Counted from the first letter of the whole stretch, positions 51,612-63,615 are shown. The stretch: DNA of 63,651 bases, filler included, from Octopus bimaculoides (GCF_001194135.2; 6 parts of 6 records of this genome joined end to end with filler, not necessarily neighbours in it), one strand, 5' to 3'. Program-made: numbers and translations. Notes: generated by a model not told the origin, from the letters alone.

Positions 51612-51840
51612 TACATATAATGTAAAAGAGATATACGTATAAAAAGTTTATTAAAAAGATTGATAGATGCATTTAGTATAAACAGGTAGCAAAATGATGG
51701 ATAGAAGGTAGACAATTAGGTAGTGATACAGACAAATAGAGGGCGGGGAAAAATAGATTCACAGAGTAGAAGAAACAGACAGAAAAAGAGACAAATAGAA
51801 AGATAAGAGATAAGAGATAACAGAGAGAGAGAGAAAGAGA

Positions 51841-51879
<39 letters not shown>

Positions 51880-53334
51880 GAAAAGAGAAAGAGAGACAGA
51901 TATACAGATATACAGACTATGAACGTAAGTTTAAGACTGACTAAGACTCAGCCAAAAGAGAAGTATACTTTAAAGAATGATCTAGATATTAAACAAGGCA
52001 GGCTATGAAGGCTTTCTTCATATGCCTGCTTAGTCACGGTTTATTGAAGTTGCATGCGTACATTTGCATCAATATGTATGCGTACAAACATGCATACGTA
52101 ATTTTATATATTTCAACATATCATACTTGCTTCATAACCATATACTTCCGGGTTCAGTTTCACTGTATGGCATCCAGGAAAAGTATCTTCCATGAGAGCG
52201 TGGGGCCAATTACTGCCTTGCATGTTTCCTTTAATCATCTCAAGCATAGAAATGTATAAGACTATTCCTCTATGGTTAGTATGCTTTCTTGCATTCTCCC
52301 CAACGTATTTTCTTACGAACGTAAGGCTGCATTTATTCTCTTATTTTGTGCTTCGATTCATGAATTCTCACTTCCCTATCAAATACATATGCTTTCTTTT
52401 ATATTTACTTGCAATATTTCTGTATCTGAGACAATTCGTTATAATATGAAGACATACAAACACACAACATCCACAACTTATTCTCTTTCTTCGGTTTCCC
52501 TATTCTGCCCTTTTATCACATTCCCTTTCTTATTTCTTTTCTGATAACATTGTTGTCTTTTCTTCTTCCCTTGTCCTACTTTATCTTCTGCTCTTCCTTT
52601 CCTATCATGACTGCACCATCGTCTGCGTATTTGTCTTACAATGTTTGTTTTAGTTTTTACTTCTATCATTTTATTAATTAGATTACTTCTTACTTTTCGT
52701 CATAAGTTATATTTTTAATCTGAAATCTTAAACTGTAAGCTTCCAAATCGGAAAGATTTGTGTACATAAATATCGCTCCAACAAAGTTTAAACTTTCCTC
52801 ATGACATTTTACAAATGGCAAAATTCGTTAGGCAGCATTCTCAGTAACGAATGTGTGGAATCACACTTTTTCAATTTTTATGATTATTAGCTCTATGTCA
52901 TGTATTGAGTACTTTTCTCACTCTTGCATGCATAGAGATTCATGCGTATATATCTATGAGNNNNNNNNNNNNNNNNNNNNNNNNNNNNNNNNNNNNNNNN
53001 NNNNNNNNNNNNNNNNNNNNNNNNNNNNNNNNNNNNNNNNNNNNNNNNNNNNNNNNNNNNNNNNNNNNNNNNNNNNNNNNNNNNNNNNNNNNNNNNNNNN
53101 NNNNNNNNNNNNNNNNNNNNNNNNNNNNNNNNNNNNNNNNATATATACATATACATATACATATATATAAATATACGTATATATATATATACATATATAT
53201 ATACACATACATATATATATACGTATGTATGTGCATATGTATATATGTATATATGTATGTATATATTTATATATATGCATATATGTATGTCTATGTATAT
53301 ATTATATTTGTGCGTATATATATATATGTGTGTG

Positions 53335-53386
<52 letters not shown>

Positions 53387-53625
53387 CAGACAAACATACG
53401 CAGTGCTTATATGTCTACCGAAAATAGGTGTTTTATTAAATATATGATTGGTGTTAATTTTCCTCTTTTATATTTTATATTATTGATTAAATGTAAGCAT
53501 TTTTATATATACGTACACACTGTTTTACATACACATATGCATATATACATACGTGTATAATCACTTGCACACACACACACACACAGACACACACACACAC
53601 GCACACATACACAGACACAGACACA

Positions 53626-53658
<33 letters not shown>

Positions 53659-54908
53659 TATAACCGTACTTCTACATACTTCCATGCATCCAACTATATC
53701 TATTTTCATGTTTATGTATGTTGACTGTTGACTATAATTATGCAATGAATCTTGTGGGAATTCTGACAACTTTTATTTTTGTTGTTGTAACAGAGTTCAC
53801 ATTTCTTTGAACTTTCGGAAATTAATCAAGAATTTACTATTTCAAATCATTCATGCTATGTTTGGCATAAAAACATTGATTTTTGGTCAATTTCACTGTT
53901 TTAGTGTTTGTTTATTTTCTCTGATGGTTGTTTTAGTATTCTATTTGCGCTGAGGTTTGTATAAATATATTCTGATTGGTTTAAAATTATCAGTTATTTT
54001 CTGTATAGTGTGTTGTCGCTGTCAATATTTCGTCTAGTAATGTTGGTGGTGATTGTAGTGAAATATTCGTATATTGCTGCTACTGGGGAGATACTGTTGT
54101 TGTTTTCTAACAAATCGCTGACAAGGTCTACGAAAAACCGTTTCATCCATGGTTGTTCAGACTTTGTCTCCGTTGTGTAATGTATCCTTAATTTAAATCC
54201 TATTCGTATGATCTGAGGGAGATTTGGATGCTATTTCTAACACATAGGGAACCACACAAAATCTCCCTATGTTGTTGGTTTTCTGGCCCCAATTCATCTA
54301 TAGTGAAAGGCATTCTAGATATCATTATCATGTCTTTTTAGTCGTATGCTGCGCTAATGTCTCTTACTAATTTGCAATGGTACGGTGTGATCTGAATAAG
54401 ATTTGGTTACTATTTTCCGCAGCCAGATTAAATACTCAAGCATTTCCATCGTAGATGGTCTCCGTGAAATTGAGGTGTACCAATAAACTTTATTCAAACA
54501 AATTAGTTCAACAAAGAAGTTGTTAAAATAATTCTTAAAGATAATTTCATAAGTGATGTTACATTGATATAATATATTCTATTGTAATCTGGATGTTTTC
54601 TCTGTGCAGATTTTATACACAGACACATGGCATTTGTGTCTTAGGAACTTTTGGATGCTTTAGGAACGATAGTAATGCCAACATTTAAATATAACAATTT
54701 TACACTCATACCCTTCATTATATTGCCTGTTGATGAAGGCGAGGTATTCATATACGACTTTATATATATATTTCCATCAGCGCTTCTCCATAGAAAAAAA
54801 CATAGTCATGTGTATTTACTTTGAAATATATACATACATACTTATCAATATTCACACACCTATAATATTGCTCTTACATTTAGATTCTTAATATTTCGCT
54901 GAGCCAAA

Positions 54909-55117
54909 GCGACGAGCTGGCAGAAACGTTAGCACGCCGGGTGAAATGCTTAAAGGTATTTCGTCTGCCTTTACGTTCTGAGTTCAAATTCCGCCGAAGT
55001 CGACTTTGCCTGTCATCCTTTCGGGGTCGATAAATAAAGTACTAGTTTCGTACTGGGATTGATCTAATCGACCGGCTCCCTCCCCCAGAATTACATACAC
55101 CTAGAGGAGAAAAGAAT
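54909..55117 (+). mobile_element. tRNA-derived SINE, same family as 45632
   Basis: GCGACGAGCTGGCAGAAACGTTAGCACGCCGGG...GAGTTCAAATTCCGCCG. Confidence 0.85.
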
Positions 55118-55514
55118 ACTTCATTGAGCCGTTAATTCTATAAAATATTTATTCCTTAATTCCGGAGACAATTAATATTACAGTAACATCTTACCTTATT
55201 GAATTTAATTGATAATGTTTGATTTTGAATCTTAAGCACTTCGATGGTGTAAATTTTATGAATAGTAAGATGATATTTGAGTTTTCTAGAATTTACAATT
55301 TATCTCAGTAGATTCGACCCGTTTAAAAATTTCAAAATTCTAGCAAAATCTGGAGTATAGGAAAAAAACAAACAAACACAAAACAAATGTGTGTGTATGT
55401 ATGTGTGTGCATGTGTTTCTTGAAGTAGCACGGAACCGAATCAAACTGTTTTCAGCAATACATGTAACTCCTACTCAATGTGCTGAGTGCTGTTTTCTTT
55501 CGTTTGTCCGCTCA

Positions 55515-55559
<45 letters not shown>

Positions 55560-55659
55560 NNNNNNNNNNNNNNNNNNNNNNNNNNNNNNNNNNNNNNNNN
55601 NNNTTAATTAATTAANNNNNNNNNNNNNNNNNNNNNNNNNNNNNNNNNNNNNNNNNNNN
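55560..55659. other. Artificial scaffold spacer (44 N + TTAATTAATTAA + 44 N)
   Basis: Same structure as 7914-8013. Confidence 0.95.
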
Positions 55660-55717
55660 GTTCAATATAAAGGATCAAATATATAAATATATAAATATAA
55701 ATATATATATATATAAA

Positions 55718-55757
55718 GGCGACTCGAGTTTCAGGGCTATTTCCCTTCGTCATGGCC
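55718..55757 (-). ncRNA. Minimal type I hammerhead ribozyme motif with one extra core base
   Basis: GGC-C(A)TGACGA-AGGG(AAATAG)CCCT-GAAA-C(TCGA)G-TC-GCC: perfect stems I and II, palindromic stem III, GUC triad. Confidence 0.6.
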
Positions 55758-56088
55758 GGTATGACAGACTTTAACAGACTGACTATATATATATATATAT
55801 ATATAAATTTTGTTGAGTGTGACTTCAAAGTTTCGGCTAGTTCGCTTCCATCTGACTACCAACAATACGCGCGCGCGCGCGCACACACACACTCATATAC
55901 ACATACATATGTTTAAAGGACACAATACATGTCTTTAAGTGCTACTAATAGTTTCATATGTTGAGAAATGGTTTGCTTGCTCCTATGAGTATATTTTTGT
56001 TGTTTGTTTTTATTTGAATTCTGTTTTTCCATTCTTCTCTTTATTTTCTAATTTATTTCTTTATTTGTTTCGTTCTGTTTAATTCCAG

Positions 56089-57059
56089 ATCTTCGCGGAT
56101 CAGAGGTAGACAGCTCCAGTGATCACAGCCAAGAAGCCTTTTCTTCAGCGGCAACAACTACCACTGCACACAAAATGGCTGCCGAATTAACGAACAGATC
56201 GAAATTATCTGCCAACAAATTGTCCATAGGTTCGTCGAACAGTGATCACGTGCGACAGTCGTACGCAATGCCGACAGCATTCAGACCGGGTCGCTTAACA
56301 AATCTGGAAATCCTCGAAAGAGTGTTTCCTCTTCAGCGTAAATCCGTTTTAGAATTGGTGTTGCAAGGCTGCAATGGAGATCTTGTAAAGGCCATAGAAC
56401 ATTTCCTGTCTGCACAAGACACCCTGGTCGCTCAGCATCAGCAGCAACAACAGCAACAACAACAACAGCACCAACACCACCAGCACCACCGACGCGACCG
56501 ACACGACATAAACCACACCCAACAACAGCACCATCATCATCATCATCACCACCACACGCAACAGCACCAAGCGTCTATACATCAACACCCTTATATCAAC
56601 AGCTCGTCCTTCCGGCCTGTCGACCGCCAGAAGTTAACTTTTGGGAGTGTCAAGTCGGCCTTCACACCTCTGTCCCCACTCACGGCCTTTAACGGGCTTC
56701 ACTCGGCCTTCACGCCCCACATTTCGGCTTTCACGCCCGACGTTTTCCGGAACCCCTTTATACCACACCATCAAGCGCGCTCGGCTGCCGATCTTCTCAG
56801 CGCTCCTTCGCAGCTGGCTTATCAAAGTCTAAGTGCCATTCCAACGTCGATCCCCGGAATATTAGCCACGCCATTTTCTTTGCATCCCTATCGTACTATA
56901 ACCATGGAGAGCGCTCAGTTCTCTTCGAAGATACCAGAAAAAAACAGCAGCGACAAGTCCACACCGACGGACTGTGATCAAACTCGAGACGAGTGGGACG
57001 GCGGAAGCGGAAATGGACGTAACACATCCGCAATTAGTAGCACTAAAGATGGCGACTGA
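56089..57059 (+). CDS. Dmrt: Doublesex/mab-3-related transcription factor with DMA domain (DMRTA/DMRT3/Dmrt93B group), terminal exon
   Basis: Long polypyrimidine tract and TTCCAG acceptor at 56088; phase-1 open frame to TGA at 57059. DMA domain RLTNLEILERVFPLQRKSVLELVLQGCNGDLVKAIEHFLS (56292-56411), poly-Q/H tract, and the KSAFTPL...HSAF motif seen in DMA-type Dmrts. The ORF-track ATG at 56175 is probably internal. Confidence 0.92.
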
Positions 57060-57275
57060 ATTCGGTCATTGAATATTACAAACATATAAACAGTTCAAGA
57101 GCATTGTTAACTAAATATATTATTATCATTGTGGACAAATAACATTTTAAACAGCTTTTTGCCCATATATTGTTTTCGTTCTTTTCTTATTTTCTCTCTA
57201 CATTTTTGTTGTTGTTGTTATCTCTTTCCTTTCATTTTCTTGTTTTCTTGTATCATTATTTTCTAACCTTGGTAA

Positions 57276-57379
<104 letters not shown>

Positions 57380-57391
57380 TATTATTATTAC

Positions 57392-57432
<41 letters not shown>

Positions 57433-57856
57433 TTTTGTATANNNNNNNNNNNNNNNNNNNNNNNNNNNNNNNNNNNNNNNNNNNNNNNNNNNNNNNNNNN
57501 NNNNNNNNNNNNNNNNNNNNNNNNNNNNNNNNNNNNNNNNNNNNNNNNNNNNNNNNNNNNNNNNNNNNNNNNNNNNNNNNNNNNNNNNNNNNNNNNNNNN
57601 NNNNNNNNNNNNNNNNNNNNNNNNNNNNNNNNNNNNNNNNNNNNNNNNNNNNNNNNNNNNNNNNNNNNNNNNNNNNCAAAGGACCAATAAATAAGTTACT
57701 TTCGAGCTGCGCTTTTTGTCATTAAGTTGGCCATGGTGATGGATTACGTCAGCTATGTTTACCTTAGTGATGGATTGCGGCAATCGTATACAAAAGTTAA
57801 GAACTCATCTCTCTATCTATCACATTTCTGCTGAGTTACCAGTCCTTTATATAAAC

Positions 57857-57917
<61 letters not shown>

Positions 57918-58430
57918 TTACTTCTCAGTGCGCTCGGTCTTGCTTGCTCTGGTTGTTTCTGTGAGAGCAGCCAGCAGCCTGTTGTCAGGGGTCTCACGGG
58001 GTCTCTTTCCGCACATTATAAACTTTGATATTTGCTATTTGGTTGTTAATTATCGTGGAAGACATTCAACATCCAAGTACCAATCTCAAAATCCTAACTG
58101 CCCCCAGCAGAGCAGTTTTGGGGATAATATCTCCTGGGGTATTATCTAGATGTTTCTGACACCCCTTTTTTATCATGCCTAGGGAACCCACAATAACACG
58201 AACAGTTCTCGCTTTAAGATGCCATATCTTTTGTATTTCAATTTCCAGGTCCTTATATTTACTTAATTTGTTAAATTCTTTTCGGGATATATTTTTATCA
58301 GTGGTAACATTTACATCTATTACTCTACAAGTATTTTCTCCGTCTTTAATGACTATGTCTGGTCGATTAGCCTGGATCGTTCTGCAATATCCCAGAGGAT
58401 AGTGATTCTTTTCCTTATTTCGACTCATTA
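57918..58430 (-). mobile_element. 5'-truncated R4/Dong-like non-LTR retrotransposon (RLE domain) with (AAT)n tail
   Basis: RTIQANRPDIVIKD....VIDVNVTTDKNI..KEFNKLSKYKDLEIEIQKIWHLKARTVRVIVGSLGMI; flanked on both sides by (TTA)n. Confidence 0.9.
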
Positions 58431-58435
58431 CGGTC

Positions 58436-58438
58436 TAA

Positions 58439-58473
<35 letters not shown>

Positions 58474-58474
58474 C

Positions 58475-58541
<67 letters not shown>

Positions 58542-58670
58542 TATTATCATCATCATTATTCTTATTATCATTATTATTATTTTTTTATTATTACTATTAT
58601 TATAATCATTATTATTCTTATTATCATTATTATTATTATTATTATTATTACTATTATTATCATCATCGTC

Positions 58671-58750
<80 letters not shown>
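58436..58750. repeat. Long imperfect (TTA)n/(TCA)n array
   Basis: Directly visible. Confidence 0.95.
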
Positions 58751-58957
58751 CTTTCAATTTTGTTTCCATCTCTTGCCAAGTGTCTTCCCGACAACTAGGG
58801 CAAAGAAACTCACTGTATACATTGGTAGGCAATTTAAATAAACGCACCAGATTGTTCAGTTACAAAGTCATGTGGTAGAAAAAAGGGGGAGAAAGAAAGA
58901 AAAGGGAAAGAAAAATAAGAAAAAAATGAAAAAATAATAAACAAAAGAAACAGGAAA

Positions 58958-59131
58958 TTACTATTATTATTATTGAGTGAGAGAGCATTGCATGCCATCA
59001 AATTACACTGGGGTACAAATATACGAAGCACAGTATACCCATCATGACTACCCGTCTGATAAGGGTACACCAGGCACATGCATCACAACCATATGTGCGC
59101 GACATGGTGATCTCATATCAAGATAAACAGC
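58958..59131 (-). mobile_element. (AAT)n-tailed SINE-like element, 5'-truncated
   Basis: Reverse complement of about 15905-16080. Confidence 0.8.
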
Positions 59132-59963
59132 TTATTATTATTAAAACTATTACATGCTACAATAGTTCGCGGGGATGTTGCCTTCAGATTTGGTGACCAA
59201 AAATTTACTCAAAATCTCAAGTCTCAATTTTCTGCAGATCAACAATGCAAGTCTCAATTCCGATATGCTTGAGCTTCTTACGCAGATGTTTGGGTGGTTT
59301 GCACTTGGCACCTAAACCCTCCCAAGAATTGATGAACTGCATCATACATACATTATATACGACTCGGTTCAGTTAATTAAGCATGAACATCACANNNNNN
59401 NNNNNNNNNNNNNNNNNNNNNNNNNNNNNNNNNNNNNNNNNNNNNNNNNNNNNNNNNNNNNNNNNNNNNNNNNNNNNNNNNNNNNNNNNNNNNNNNNNNN
59501 NNNNNNNNNNNNNNNNNNNNNNNNNNNNNNNNNNNNNNNNNNNNNNNNNNNNNNNNNNNNNNNNNNNNNNNNNNNNNNNNNNNNNNNNNNNNNNNNNNNN
59601 NNNNNNNNNNNNNNNNNNNNNNNNNNNNNNNNNNNNNNNNNNNNNNNNNNNNNNNNNNNNNNNNNNNNNNNNNNNNNNNNNNNNNNNNNNNNNNNNNNNN
59701 NNNNNNNNNNNNNNNNNNNNNNNNNNNNNNNNNNNNNNNNNNNNNNNNNNNNNNNNNNNNNNNNNNNNNNNNNNNNNNNNNNNNNNNNNNNNNNNNNNNN
59801 NNNNNNNNNNNNNNNNNNNNNNNNNNNNNNNNNNNNNNNNNNNNNNNNNNNNNNNNNNNNNNNNNNNNNNNNNNNNNNNNNNNNNNNNNNNNNNNNNNNN
59901 NNNNNNNNNNNNNNNNNNNNNNNNNNNNNNNNNNNNNNNNNNNNNNNNNNNNNNNNNNNNNNN

Positions 59964-60085
59964 GTCATTCCCAGGGCACCTATGACAATAGGTATTGTTT
60001 TAGTCTTCAGGTTCCACATTTTGCTAATTTCTATTTCAAGATCTTTATATTTGCTCAGTTTTTGGTAGGTCTTGACAGATACGTC
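59964..60085 (-). mobile_element. Second R4/Dong-like RLE fragment, running into a gap
   Basis: SVKTYQKLSKYKDLEIEISKMWNLKTKTIPIVIGALGM; 5' junction abuts (TTA)n at 60087-60151. Confidence 0.85.
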
Positions 60086-60153
<68 letters not shown>

Positions 60154-60439
60154 AACTATTACATGCTACAATAGTTCGCGGGGATGTTGCCTTCAGATTT
60201 GGTGACCAAAAATTTACTCAAAATCTCAAGTCTCAATTTTCTGCAGATCAACAATGCAAGTCTCAATTCCGATATGCTTGAGCTTCTTACGCAGATGTTT
60301 GGGTGGTTTGCACTTGGCACCTAAACCCTCCCAAGAATTGATGAACTGCATCATACATACATTATATACGACTCGGTTCAGTTAATTAAGCATGAACATC
60401 ACAACTCCCAGTTCCTCCTCCCTCGAATATAATCCAGGA

Positions 60440-60760
60440 CTGCATTAAAAATCAAGCTCGATGTGTTGCGAAGTTTGTTATTCAGTGCCACGTTTTCTAC
60501 GTTCGAATCACACCAGAATCGTCCTTGTCTTTTATTTTATCGTTCTTGGTTGCAAGCTGGCAATATCATAAGAGCGCCGGACAAACTGCAAAGCAGCACT
60601 TCTTCCGGCTCTTTGTTTTCTGAGTTCAACTACCGCAAAGATTAACTTTACTTGTCATCGTTTTGGGTTCGATAAAATAAGTACCAGTTGAACCCTGGGG
60701 TCGATGAAATCAACTTGCACTCTGCCCTAAAATTGCTGGCCTTGTGCCAAAATTCGAAAC
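60440..60760 (+). mobile_element. Decayed SINE copies, 45632 family
   Basis: TTCTGAGTTCAA and TTCGATAAAATAAGTACCAGTTG..CTGGGGTCGATG. Confidence 0.6.
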
Positions 60761-61023
60761 ATTTTTATTTAATTTTCTTCCTTTCACATTTACTGATGGA
60801 GTATCGTTAAACTTAGTACCAGTAATTCATCAGTGTCAGCTCAATAGCGTGTACAATCTACCGTAAACACATATGATCTCTCTCTCTCTCTCATTGTCTC
60901 TTTCTCTCCCTATGTCTCTTTCTCTCTCTCTTCTCTCTCCCTATGTCTCTTTCTCTATCTTTTCTCTCTCCCTATGTCTCTTTCTCTTTCTCTCTTCTCT
61001 CTCTCTCCTCACTCCTTCCTCCG

Positions 61024-61056
<33 letters not shown>

Positions 61057-61124
61057 GCATGTCTTCTCTCTATCTCTTGGTCTGTCTGTCTCTTTCTCCC
61101 TCTCTTCTCCCACCTTCCTCCGTT

Positions 61125-61215
<91 letters not shown>

Positions 61216-61315
61216 NNNNNNNNNNNNNNNNNNNNNNNNNNNNNNNNNNNNNNNNNNNNTTAATTAATTAANNNNNNNNNNNNNNNNNNNNNNNNNNNNN
61301 NNNNNNNNNNNNNNN
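61216..61315. other. Artificial scaffold spacer (44 N + TTAATTAATTAA + 44 N)
   Basis: Same structure as 7914-8013. Confidence 0.95.
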
Positions 61316-61360
<45 letters not shown>

Positions 61361-61745
61361 GTTGACAGTGGTGGCAGTGACGGTAAAGGAGTAGGTGCTT
61401 GTGGTTGATTAGCCCTAGGTCAGCTCTGATCAAGCAGACTATGATCAAAGCTATGCCATCTTGTCCATGACCAACCTGCCTCATTTTCCAGGTGCTGTGT
61501 ACAATAAAGATAAAAAAAAACATCATCTCATGGTCCTTTTATTTCCAGATGGCTGGAAGCAATTTGGTGGAGATTTGGCTACTGTTTCTAGGAAGTTGAG
61601 CAACCATGTGGAGGCTTCATCATTTTTGTTGGTGGTGGTGATGATGCTGATGATGATGACATCAATTATGATGGCAACCACAATGACAACAATGGCAATA
61701 ATAATAATGATGATGATGATGATAATAATAATAATGATGATGATG

Positions 61746-61780
<35 letters not shown>

Positions 61781-61954
61781 GATGATCATGATGATTTTGG
61801 TGTCCATTATTCATATTCAATTACTGGCAAAATATACTAGACACTTCTTTCTATAATTGTGATAAAGATAGCGTGTGTATGTATGTATTATGTGTGTGTG
61901 TGTGTATATATACATATATATACATACACGCACATGGACATATATGTATATATG

Positions 61955-61989
<35 letters not shown>

Positions 61990-62957
61990 NNNNNNNNNNN
62001 NNNNNNNNNNNNNNNNNNNNNNNNNNNNNNNNNNNNNNNNNNNNNNNNNNNNNNNNNNNNNNNNNNNNNNNNNNNNNNNNNNNNNNNNNNNNNNNNNNNN
62101 NNNNNNNNNNNNNNNNNNNNNNNNNNNNNNNNNNNNNNNNNNNNNNNNNNNNNNNNNNNNNNNNNNNNNNNNNNNNNNNNNNNNNNNNNNNNNNNNNNNN
62201 NNNNNNNNNNNNNNNNNNNNNNNNNNNNNNNNNNNNNNNNNNNNNNNNNNNNNNNNNNNNNNNNNNNNNNNNNNNNNNNNNNNNNNNNNNNNNNNNNNNN
62301 NNNNNNNNNNNNNNNNNNNNNNNNNNNNNNNNNNNNNNNNNNNNNNNNNNNNNNNNNNNNNNNNNNNNNNNNNNNNNNNNNNNNNNNNNNNNNNNNNNNN
62401 NNNNNNNNNNNNNNNNNNNNNNNNNNNNNNNNNNNNNNNNNNNNNNNNNNNNNNNNNNNNNNNNNNNNNNNNNNNNNNNNNNNNNNNNNNNNNNNNNNNN
62501 NNNNNNNNNNNNNNNNNNNNNNNNNNNNNNNNNNNNNNNNNNNNNNNNNNNNNNNNNNNNNNNNNNNNNNNNNNNNNNNNNNNNNNNNNNNNNNNNNNNN
62601 NNNNNNNNNNNNNNNNNNNNNNNNNNNNNNNNNNNNNNNNNNNNNNNNNNNNNNNNNNNNNNNNNNNNNNNNNNNNNNNNNNNNNNNNNNNNNNNNNNNN
62701 NNNNNNNNNNNNNNNNNNNNNNNNNNNNNNNNNNNNNNNNNNNNNNNNNNNNNNNNNNNNNNNNNNNNNNNNNNNNNNNNNNNNNNNNNNNNNNNNNNNN
62801 NNNNNNNNNNNNNNNNNNNNNNNNNNNNNNNNNNNNNNNNNNNNNNNNNNNNNNNNNNNNNNNNNNNNNNNNNNNNNNNNNNNNNNNNNNNNNNNGGGCT
62901 TCTTTCAGTTTCCGTGTACCAAATCCACTCACAAGGCTTTGGTCAGCCTGAGGCTAT

Positions 62958-63030
<73 letters not shown>

Positions 63031-63145
63031 TCACAACTTGGAATCAAACTTGAAATCTTGGGGTTAGTAGTAGCCTGCGCTCTTAACCACTATGCCATCG
63101 AAAAATACCTTAGGAATGAGAACCCAGGTTCGAAATTTCCCCAAG

Positions 63146-63189
63146 ACACCTGATGAAGGCTGGAAAGTATATCAGCTGAAACATTGCGT
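63146..63189 (+). ncRNA. Decayed hammerhead motif in a repeat tail
   Basis: ACAC-CTGATGA-AGGCTG..CAGCT-GAAA-C-ATT-GCGT: core intact, stems I and III imperfect. Confidence 0.4.
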
Positions 63190-63289
63190 TAACAACAAAC
63201 AAGATGAGGACAAATATCTGTCAAATGTAAATAATGTATGTATGTATGCATGTATGTATGTATACGCAAGTGCATGCACGCATGTGTGT

Positions 63290-63560
63290 ATTGCAAACGA
63301 TCATCCACACTGGAGGCAAATACTACAAAAGGGAATGAAGAGATTAGAAGAAAAACAGGAACTCTCCACCAAAGAAAAGCGCATTCGATGGAAGGAAAAT
63401 TCAGTAACGCCAGCTCCTTCAAATGCAGTCGCTGTATGCGTGACTACCACTCTCGTGGGGGCCTCAACAGCCACAACAGAAACTGAACCACTATCAGAAG
63501 CTGACACGATTTCATTGGGTGCAGATCCATGGCCTCTCGAGACCAACGGATGCCTACTAC
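63290..63560 (+). mobile_element. RTE/BovB-like LINE 3' end
   Basis: WRQILQKGMKRLEEK...KEKRIR.KE and FKCSRCMRDYHSRGGLNSHNR C2H2 finger; tail CCATGGCCTCTCGAGACCAACGGATGCCTACTAC. Confidence 0.85.
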
Positions 63561-63615
63561 GCAAGTGTATGTGTGCATATATATTTATATAACATATATA
63601 TAACATATATATGTA

